From assembly GCA_043775355.1 (NCBI GenBank), contig JAYVSL010000007.1, positions 4,586-68,585 of the forward strand: 64,000 nucleotides of DNA. The letters run 5' to 3'. The notes below the pieces were generated by a model, which was not told the DNA's origin, did no database searches, and saw only the letters and a program-made list of their open reading frames with translations. Made by a program: the position numbers and the translations under genes. Positions 28,459-36,900 of the stretch are shown here, in pieces (position 1 is the stretch's first letter; each line of letters begins with the position of its first letter). This DNA comes from Planctomycetota bacterium. GTDB taxonomy: Bacteria; Planctomycetota; UBA11346.

Positions 28459-29043
28459 GTGGAAAATTCAGCGGTCAAAGTGACCTCGATCGGCATGGTC
28501 CTCGATTGGCCGCAAGGTTTCAGCGCAGCTCTGCCGGATGACCGTTGGTTGGTGTTGCATGCGTACCCTCGCCAAGAGAAAAAAGTCATCGAAGACTTAC
28601 GCCGCCGCAACCTTCCTGGCTGTGCGTTCTTTGAACGACGACTGCGCAGTTATCCTGGCAAGGGTACACAAGAGAGCCTGGTCCCGCTTATCCCTGGTTA
28701 TCTTTTTGTTGCTGGTGGACGAGAGCAACGCGAGGCGATTTACGATACCAAACGCGTAGTGCGCATCATTGATGTGCCGCGTCCACTCGAACTGGTCAGC
28801 GACTTGCGCAACTTGATCGCCTTGGTCACCGCCGTCGCGAAAACCCCGCTGATGGTTCGCCCTGAACTCGTGCAAGGTAAAAAAATCTCGATCACCAACG
28901 GCACCTTTGCCGGATGCAGCGGCATCATCACGAAACGCAAACACGATTTTGAATTAGTGGTCAATCTTGAATTGCTGGGCACGTCGGTGTCGGTGACGTT
29001 GCCCGCAGAATACGCCGAACTTGCCATCGCACCAAGCGAATGA
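28459..29043 (+). CDS. NusG-family paralogue (NGN + KOW), specialised antiterminator type
   Basis: The NGN-like part is WLVLHAYPRQEKKVIEDL...LIPGYLFVAG. The KOW-like part is GKKISITNGTFAGCSGIITK. It has a GTG start and is not next to secE/rplK, so it is not the housekeeping nusG. Confidence 0.65.
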   Translation: MENSAVKVTSIGMVLDWPQGFSAALPDDRWLVLHAYPRQEKKVIEDLRRRNLPGCAFFERRLRSYPGKGTQESLVPLIPGYLFVAGGREQREAIYDTKRVVRIIDVPRPLELVSDLRNLIALVTAVAKTPLMVRPELVQGKKISITNGTFAGCSGIITKRKHDFELVVNLELLGTSVSVTLPAEYAELAIAPSE

Positions 29044-29082
29044 GGGCCACGCGCTGAGGCAATAACGGCCCTCAGACGCCAA

Positions 29083-30402
29083 TTAAACTGACGCTTTCAA
29101 AGCCTTTGAGGCCTTTTTCTGCGACTTCGTGGTTACTTCAGAAGCGGCTTCATCGCTATCGTCCAAGTGCGCCCATATGACCACCAATGCGGTGATGACC
29201 GAAACCCCAGCCAACGAATAAAATTGGGCCACGGGAAGCATCCAGCCAAGAAACAGCGCGACCGCCAAGCCACTGCCGATGGCCAGGATGAAAACATTGT
29301 GCACCAGACTCATAACCGTCGCACCACGCCCAGGATTGCCCTGCGCGGCGGCAAAGGCCATCAATCGTGCATCAAGAACGTTCGTTGGTGCTGCGAACAA
29401 GCCGCCCAAAAAGATTAACGACACTGCGCCTGACCAAAATCCTAGTACCAGCAACTGATAGCAGGCAATCAATACACCCAGGCCGATGTACGCACCAATC
29501 ACATGAATGTGACGGTCCATTCGATATGAGATCAGGTTGCCCGCAATGGCTCCAATCGCTGGGAAAATCACTAAAATAACCGCATGCTCTGGTTTCATAT
29601 CCAAACGTTCGATGGCATCGATAAAGGCCGCCAGTACCGCTGCCGAAGCAATACCCCAGGCCAAACCACCACCAACAATCAGTGCCCAACGATCACGTAC
29701 CATGCTGACGGTGCCCGTTACCAAATCGCGCATGCCGACCGTGAATGGAATCGCCGGCGTCTCAGGAGGATTCACCTTTAACCCGAGAATGGTCGCAAGA
29801 ATGGCAAAAGCGCACAATGCAAAATGACGAGCATTGGAACTGTCAATTTTCTCAAACAACAACGTGCCAAGCACGGTGCCCGCTAATAAACTGATCACCA
29901 ACGATGCATTAATGATTCCCATCACCAAGGTATTGGAACGGCCACTGGCAGCGGCGAGTAGCGGCACCACCTTGCCCCGCGCTGCGCACGCCGTGCCGTA
30001 GGCCAAGCCGACGAACATCGCGGTTAACCAGGGATTGAACCACAGCGTCAACAGCGCGCCAAGGCCAACACCAGCAGAAGATAACACGAACAACCACGAT
30101 ACTCGCCAAGCCCCGGCCAGCGGAGCATTGACCAGATAGCCGATCAAAACCCCGAGCGTAAGAACGGCCGCAAGACCCTGCGTGATCGCTTCTTTCAACG
30201 TGCCTTTCGATATGGCATTTCGCAGCACTTCATCCAGCCATACAAAAGGCATTGCTGGAGGATTTTTGGGATCGAAATCCAAGGCGATCTCACCGATCAG
30301 AACAAACTTGAGTCCAGCGAATCCCATCCCGGTAAGCACGGTTACTAAGACCGCAGGCCAAATGGGAGTGCGAGATAATTTTAGCACAGTGAGTTCGGTC
30401 AC
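29083..30402 (-). CDS. MFS-like polytopic membrane protein
   Basis: 439 aa with about 12 hydrophobic segments and a Lys/Ser-rich C-terminal tail. No specific family signature was recognised. Confidence 0.55.
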   Translation of the reverse strand: MTELTVLKLSRTPIWPAVLVTVLTGMGFAGLKFVLIGEIALDFDPKNPPAMPFVWLDEVLRNAISKGTLKEAITQGLAAVLTLGVLIGYLVNAPLAGAWRVSWLFVLSSAGVGLGALLTLWFNPWLTAMFVGLAYGTACAARGKVVPLLAAASGRSNTLVMGIINASLVISLLAGTVLGTLLFEKIDSSNARHFALCAFAILATILGLKVNPPETPAIPFTVGMRDLVTGTVSMVRDRWALIVGGGLAWGIASAAVLAAFIDAIERLDMKPEHAVILVIFPAIGAIAGNLISYRMDRHIHVIGAYIGLGVLIACYQLLVLGFWSGAVSLIFLGGLFAAPTNVLDARLMAFAAAQGNPGRGATVMSLVHNVFILAIGSGLAVALFLGWMLPVAQFYSLAGVSVITALVVIWAHLDDSDEAASEVTTKSQKKASKALKASV

Positions 30403-30514
30403 GGGAATAATCCAGGGCGGCTCGGGGACGGCAGTATTCGAGCCATCGGCGCCTGTCCACCACGTCCCGCCTTGACCTCTTCATTCGGCCTCGTGGTTTG
30501 GCACAGCACGAAAA

Positions 30515-31450
30515 TCACCGATACAGACTAGCAACTTGAGCGCCGTAGCCGTTGTACGGCAAAGTCGGGATCTGATCGCCACTGCCGAGGACTTTTTCGC
30601 TCGCCTGAGTCCAGCGAGAATGCGGCACCGTCGGGTCGACGTTGCCGAAAAAATCGTATTCGTCAGCCGCCATATCATTCCAAAAAGTTTTTGGTTGGTG
30701 ATCGGTCAGCGTCATCCGCACCACGCTTTTTGGGCCTTTAAAACCGTACTTCCATGGCAGCACGACGCGCAAGGGCGCGCCATTTTGTGGGCTCAGTCGT
30801 TTGCCATACAGTCCAGTCGCAACGAACGCCAGTTCATTCATCGCTTCGGCAATAGTCAGACCTTCGTAGTAAGGCCACGTAAAATAAGGGTTCTGCTGCC
30901 CAGGCATGTGGGCCGGATCATGAACGCTAGAAAATGCAACGTGCGTCGCGTTGCTTTTGACCCCTACGTGCCTGAGCAAGGCCGCCAACGGCACGCCACC
31001 CCAGGGCACCGTCATCGACCACGCTTCGACGCAACGAAAACGATAGATGCGTTCTTCCAAGCCAAGCGCCTCCACTTGTTCCAAGCCGATGGTGCCTGGG
31101 CGCTCTACCAAGCCGTCGATAACCAAGCCATACGGATCGATGCGCCAACCATGCGCTAACGTACGCACATCGTCTTTGTTGGGGCTGAATTCAGTGAAAT
31201 TATTGTAGCTGAGCACCAGTGATTCATCTGTAAGGGCACGACCGGCGGCGCGAAAAGCGGGATTGCTCTTCGGTAGATACGCAGCGTCGGCTGCTGACGG
31301 CAAGATTAATGCATTCGGCACTGCAGACTGAGAGCGCGCCCGTACCGTCCATGTAACCGCACCGGCACTGACGAGTCCGATACCCATGGCGGCCAACAAC
31401 TGACGCCGTTTCAGCCACGTTTCTGCCGGAGTCACGGCAGAATCTGACAA
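30515..31450 (-). CDS. msrP: periplasmic protein-methionine-sulfoxide reductase catalytic subunit (YedY/MsrP, molybdopterin)
   Basis: Tat signal RRQLLAAMGIGLV, then the YedY-like core YNNFTEF...RCVEAWSMTVPWGGVPL...RVVLPWKYGFKGPKSV. Confidence 0.85.
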   Translation of the reverse strand: MSDSAVTPAETWLKRRQLLAAMGIGLVSAGAVTWTVRARSQSAVPNALILPSAADAAYLPKSNPAFRAAGRALTDESLVLSYNNFTEFSPNKDDVRTLAHGWRIDPYGLVIDGLVERPGTIGLEQVEALGLEERIYRFRCVEAWSMTVPWGGVPLAALLRHVGVKSNATHVAFSSVHDPAHMPGQQNPYFTWPYYEGLTIAEAMNELAFVATGLYGKRLSPQNGAPLRVVLPWKYGFKGPKSVVRMTLTDHQPKTFWNDMAADEYDFFGNVDPTVPHSRWTQASEKVLGSGDQIPTLPYNGYGAQVASLYR

Positions 31451-31550
31451 TTCCCATGGTTGACGTGGACGACGCGTATTAATGACGACTCCTCAATAAC
31501 GTCTGTCAGGAATTGACGATTCGCTGTGCAGATACCACCAATAGACCGTC

Positions 31551-31620
31551 GCGCTCATTTCTGCACATTTCTGCACATTTGCATTTATTTGCATTTATTT
31601 GCGCTCATTTGCGCTCAATA
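31551..31620. repeat. seven tandem 10-bp units in the order A-B-B-C-C-A-A', each ending in attt (phased T/A tracts)
   Basis: Read directly: gcgctcattt ctgcacattt ctgcacattt gcatttattt gcatttattt gcgctcattt gcgctcaata. The stop codon of the RR-PP2C gene lies in the last units. Confidence 0.9.
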
Positions 31621-32798
31621 GTGACGATCGATACGTCATCAGTCGGCGGTTCCTGATTGCGCCACTCGGCCAAAGCCTTGACCACTTTTTCTTGTGCGCT
31701 GACGGCTGGCTCGCGAGCCACACTGGCCATGATCGCCGCCAAACGTTCATTTCCAATAATCTCCTGACTCGGACTCATGGTTTCGACCACGCCATCACTG
31801 AAAAAATGTATGCGATCGCCCGGCTCCAAGACTAAGCGTGCTTCGGCGAACTGCGCGGTGTCTCTTGGAAAGAAACCAATCGGATTACTTGATAATTCAT
31901 GAATGGTAACGCGGCCGTCACGATGGGTAACAATCGGTCCAGGATGACCTGCAACGGCTAAATTTACCGAGTGACTGGGAATGTGATAGTGACCATAAAT
32001 AATGGTAAAATATTGCATCGCCGTATCGCTCATCGGAAATAAATGATTGAGCTCTTCAATGACCTCCAAGGGCGACGCCAAACGGTAACCTGGGCGATCG
32101 GCGATCGCACGCTTGGGCAATGAACCCGCCGCAATCAATGGCGATAAAAAGCGGCTGACCTGAACCGCCAACAATGCCGACGACACCCCGTGACCACTGA
32201 CGTCAAGCACGTAAAATCCAAGATGATGTTCATCTAAGCGATACAGATTGAGCGTGTCGCCGCCTAACTGATCACAGGGGCGGTATAACCAAGCAAAATC
32301 AAGACCCTCAATTTGCGGCATATTGACTGGTAATAATGCTTCCTGCACTTTTACCGCCGCCTGCAAATCTTGACGCATACGATCATTCACCGCCGACAGC
32401 TCATGATTGCGCTGGGCCAATTCCAAATGCAGTGAAACGATACGCTTAGCGACATTTAATCGCGCTTCTAAGTCATCTCGACTAATTGGTTTGATAAGCA
32501 AATCATCAGCTCCAGCTGCCATACCAGCAGAGACGTCTTCTCGGTCACTGCGGGAGGTCAACATGATAAAATACGTATAGCTGTAACCCGGTAACGAACG
32601 AATCCGAGTCAGCAATTCGATGCCATCTAATCCGGGCATGTTCCAGTCACTAATGACCAACCGACAGTTGTGCGCGCGATAAAGATCCCAAGCCGTTAAT
32701 CCATTGTTGGCACTTATCGGACGGTGACCGAGCTTCTCGACCAGCGCGATAAGCAGGCGAAGCGATAAAGCATCATCATCGACCACCAAAATATCCAT
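31605..32798 (-). CDS. response-regulator receiver domain fused to a PP2C/SpoIIE-type phosphatase (RsbU-like)
   Basis: The REC part is MDILVVDDD...VISDWNMPGLDG...LIKP. The PP2C/SpoIIE part is GGDTLNLYRL...VLDVSGHGVSSAL...FFSDGVVE. ATG 32798 is preceded by GAGG. Confidence 0.85.
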   Translation of the reverse strand: MDILVVDDDALSLRLLIALVEKLGHRPISANNGLTAWDLYRAHNCRLVISDWNMPGLDGIELLTRIRSLPGYSYTYFIMLTSRSDREDVSAGMAAGADDLLIKPISRDDLEARLNVAKRIVSLHLELAQRNHELSAVNDRMRQDLQAAVKVQEALLPVNMPQIEGLDFAWLYRPCDQLGGDTLNLYRLDEHHLGFYVLDVSGHGVSSALLAVQVSRFLSPLIAAGSLPKRAIADRPGYRLASPLEVIEELNHLFPMSDTAMQYFTIIYGHYHIPSHSVNLAVAGHPGPIVTHRDGRVTIHELSSNPIGFFPRDTAQFAEARLVLEPGDRIHFFSDGVVETMSPSQEIIGNERLAAIMASVAREPAVSAQEKVVKALAEWRNQEPPTDDVSIVTIERK

Positions 32799-33098
32799 GG
32801 AACCTCGCTCAAAGTTAGCCGGGCCGCCGCGCGCTAGGCATTGCGCGAACGACATCCCTCGCCTGACCGCGTGGGTGTAGCGAGCTTCCTAGTGAGGGTA
32901 AAGGGTCTGAACTTCAAAATAGGATTACGATCACATCACTGCCTCATTCCGGCCACGACCGAAAAATAACTTTGCGGGAACATGACCCAGACCCCGATTG
33001 ACAGTTTCATGTCGGGGACAGCATAACCAAGAATCTGCGGTTTACCGCTGTTTGCCTCCTTTCTTCGTTTTCAACCACCATCCAGCACGGAGCTCATC

Positions 33099-33689
33099 AT
33101 GTCCCTCGTCCAGAAAAAAGCCCCCAACTTCAAGGCTCAGGCGGTCCTCGCCGACGGTACCTTCAAGGAAATTCAGCTCAGCGATTACAAGGGCAAGTGG
33201 GTCGCCCTGTTCTTCTATCCCCTCGATTTCACTTTCGTTTGCCCAACCGAAATCATCGCCTTCAGCGATCGCATCAAAGATTTCCACGCCATCGGCGCCG
33301 AAGTCCTTGGCGTGTCGGTCGACAGCCAATTCACCCATTTGGCCTGGCGTAATACCCCACGCAAAGATGGCGGCTTAGGCGACCTCGGCTATCCGTTGGT
33401 GGCTGACCTCAACAAGTCAATCGCCCGCGACTACGGCGTGCTGATCGAAGACGCTGGCATCGCGTTGCGCGGCCTGTTTTTGATCAATCCAGAAGGCGTG
33501 GTCAGTGCTGCCATCGTTCACGACTTGCCAGTCGGTCGCAATGTCGATGAAGCCCTGCGTGTCATCAAAGCCTTCCAATACGTCGCCAAACACGGCGAAG
33601 TCTGCCCAGCTAACTGGACCGAAGGCAAGGCTACCATGCAGGCCGATCCTAAAGGCGCGAAGACCTACTTCACGTCCGCCAACAAGTAA
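33099..33689 (+). CDS. typical 2-Cys peroxiredoxin (AhpC/Tsa family)
   Basis: The peroxidatic Cys context is [10 protein letters not shown] and the resolving Cys context is GEVCPANW. Confidence 0.9.
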   Translation: MSLVQKKAPNFKAQAVLADGTFKEIQLSDYKGKWVALFFYPLDFTFVCPTEIIAFSDRIKDFHAIGAEVLGVSVDSQFTHLAWRNTPRKDGGLGDLGYPLVADLNKSIARDYGVLIEDAGIALRGLFLINPEGVVSAAIVHDLPVGRNVDEALRVIKAFQYVAKHGEVCPANWTEGKATMQADPKGAKTYFTSANK

Positions 33690-33716
33690 GCGCGCCTAAG
33701 CGCGCCTAAGCGCATG
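33687..33716. repeat. three tandem 10-bp units starting exactly at the peroxiredoxin stop codon
   Basis: Read directly: taagcgcgcc taagcgcgcc taagcgcatg. Confidence 0.85.
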
Positions 33717-33753
33717 TGTTCGCCATTTGCCACTGCGCGCATGGCTTCGTTCA

Positions 33754-33789
33754 ACACCCTCAGTGAGTTTCACTGGGGGTGTTTTTTTT
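33754..33789 (+). terminator. rho-independent terminator after the peroxiredoxin gene
   Basis: Stem acaccctcagtga pairs with tcactgggggtgt (one mismatch), followed by tttttttt. Confidence 0.75.
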
Positions 33790-33974
33790 GACGCGACGAC
33801 CGCTGTCAAAAACGACCCCTCCAGGCAAGCGAACGACGCGCATCTGTGTATCACAGAGATGCTCTGCTAGGCACACCACTTAGCTGCCCTTCACCTCCCG
33901 CCTTCCATCGTGAGCCACGTCATATCGATTGGGCCAACAGCGTTCTCTAGTGTCGGTCCCTTCAAGGAGTTGCT

Positions 33975-36900
33975 ATGCCCAAGTCAGTGAATCCCGACTC
34001 TTCAATACAAGACTTATCGAAGTCCCTTGGACAGCTTGGTGAAAGTACCACCGCAGCAGAATTGGTGCGCACCAAAGGTCAGAGCAAAAAGCTGAAAGTA
34101 ATTACTGAAAAACAACTGATGGAATGGGTCAACACCGTCATCTCTCGGCATATGATTGGCAAAGTTGACAGCATTAGCGACCAAGAAAAAGAGGAAATGC
34201 TGAAGAAAGTCCAGGACGAACTGGCCAAGCGCATTAAGCGTGAACAAGAAACGCAAGCTGAACGCGATCGGATGAAGGCAGACCTCGATAAAGCCATGGC
34301 GAAAGTCGCCGATGTGCAAGCCAATGCCGCCAGCCGTGAGCAAACCGATGAAGCCATCGACAATCTGAAGAAAGCACTCGAAGAACGCGAGTTAATGATT
34401 CAAGAATTACAGCAAGATAAGTACGAAATTGAAGATCAGTTGGCTGAGAACCGTGCGCTGGCGAGTACCACCATTGCCGAAAAAGAAGTACTGGGAGACC
34501 GCCACAAACAAGCGATGAAAAATTACATGCTGCGCGCCAACGCCATGGTTGAAGGCGTGCTTGGACTCGACCATCAACTCTATGGCGGACGCCACGTCGA
34601 TGAAAATCCAGTTCCCGATGAAGCCGCTGACGAAGAACAATTTTATCACGATTACGATGTCGGTGCGATGATTATCGACACGCTGCAAACCGACCTGCAG
34701 CGCCTGCGCTCGATCGCCCAAAGCGCGAAACAGCAAGATGAAAAGAACGCCAACGATCCGCGCATGAATCTGTTGGAAGGTGATCTGAAATTATTGGAAC
34801 AGCTTAAAGAGGGTAAGCTCTCGGCCGTCGACGTTGCCGAACCCGTTGAAGGCTTGGTCGAAGCCATGGACGGCGCCCGCACCGAAGCGCAGCAGTTGGA
34901 GCACACCGGCAAGTCTGCGCTGGGTACCGCCGCTGGTCGCGAAGATGCGCTGTCATCCATTCCCGACACCAGCAGCAGCGAAGCCGCCAAGGTCATCGCT
35001 GGCACCACCAACGTCGCTCGTGAAATGGCTGCGGTCATGGCGCGCGGTCGTCAACGCATGATCGCCCTGAAAGAAATGGCTGACCAAGCTGACGAAGCAC
35101 GTAACACGGCAGAAGAAGAGCTCGAAGGCGTGCGCAGGTCTTACCATGAAGTATTAACCGCCATCGCTGAGCGCGCCAAGGCTGATAAAATGCACGTTCC
35201 GACCGCGCTAGTCGATGAAGATGCACCGACAGATGAGAGCCGCGCCAAAGCCCAGGAAATTATTAAAAATATCAAAGGCGGCGCTGATGTCGCTCCGCTC
35301 TTGACCGAGCAAATCCTGTTAATGGATCGTCTGCTCGGCAAAGACGCTGGCGTGCGCATGGCACCACCTGCCAAAGACGCCAAGGAAGACGAACTCATCG
35401 CTCGCCTGCGCGAAGACAGCGGTGCCGTCGAACGCTTGGTCGAAGAGAAAACCCAAGCCCTCGCTGCTGCTCAGCTGCGGGAAAAATCAGTCGCCGAAGA
35501 CATCCGTGCGCTAGCCAAAAATCACACTGCCAATATTTCACCAGAACACCGTGGCGACGAGCAACTCGATACTTGTCTGATCAAACTCGCGCGCGCCCTA
35601 GATGATGCCCAAGAGCCAGCACAGGTCGGCCTTGCGGCCCAACAAGTCATCGGCCACCTGCGTGAGCAACTCGCCAAAGCGCCGACGCAACTCGATCTCG
35701 CACGACTTGACAGCGAGCGCAGTCGCCTCGCCACGCAGATCGGACAGTCGCAGCGAAAAATCCAGCAATTGGAATCCGAACTCACCAATGCGAAGGGCGA
35801 AGTCGCCGCTATTCAAGCGCGTGGCGAAGCCCAGCGCCGCGCCGAACGCGACATGGCAAGCGACCTCGTCCGCGCAGCCATGGGCGATGACCAACTTGCT
35901 GACTCGGTTACCGATCTCGCTTTGGCCTCCGACGCCGGCGACGATTTGGCCGTGGCACTACGTGAAGCGGTCACCGGTTTGACCCGCCGTAAACAAGATC
36001 TGACTGAAGAAAACCACCGTTTAGCTGGTGAACTCACTGGCTTAAAAAATAAATCGCAAGATGGCGACAGCCGCAACGCCGCACTTCAGAGTGAACAAAC
36101 GAAGCTCGCAAAACAAGTCGCCGATGCTCAGCACCACACGCAAGAACTCGAACGTGATCTGAGTCGTGCGCGCACCGATCTTGACCTGATGCGCCAACAA
36201 GCGCAGGAAGCCAACAGTCGTCGCACAACTCTTGAAGCCGAACGAGGCAAAATTACGGCTCAATTACTGAGCATGGAACAACGACTGATTAATGACGAAT
36301 CCGAATTAACCAGGGCGCGTGCGCTGCTCGCCACCATGTCGACGGCGGTGAAAAATCAGGGTCAGCTCGATCTCACCGTTGCTAACGAATTAGTCGCCGC
36401 CGCGCAGGGCGATCCCGAGTTATCCGAAATCGTCACTGAACTCGCGCCCATCTTAGAGAACACTGGACCAAGCCATCAGCCTATCGATGCGGCAACAGTC
36501 ACTCGCCAAGTGGCAGCTGGCGTCGTCGAATTGGCTCGTCGCAAACAAGCACTGGCCGAGCAAACCGAACGCCTGCAGCAAGATGCCAATGCACTGAAAT
36601 GGCAGCTGAAAGAAGCCAATGATCGTGCTACCGAACTTGAAGGCGAACGCGACGAAATGGCTGCTAGTGGTAAAGAAATCATAAATCACATTACGCAACA
36701 GAAAGAACGTACGGTTCAAGAACTCGAAGCTCTCAAACGTTCCAGCAACGAAACACTGGCCAAGATTGCCCGTATTGAGCACCGCACGGCAACTGCGGAA
36801 ACAGCGAATCGTCAACTGGCTGAAGCGCTGTCTTCACTCGCTTCGATGGAAAAAGATCAAAGCGACGGCAACATCGAAGATAAGCGCGTCGATCTTGAAC

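Noticed and set aside
33869-33884. The sigma-54-like sequence aGGCACaccacTTAGC upstream of the giant coiled-coil gene.
   Set aside because: The -12 GC is displaced by one nucleotide relative to GG-N10-GC and the -24 T is missing. It is much weaker than the exact matches at the flagellar operons, so I do not call it.
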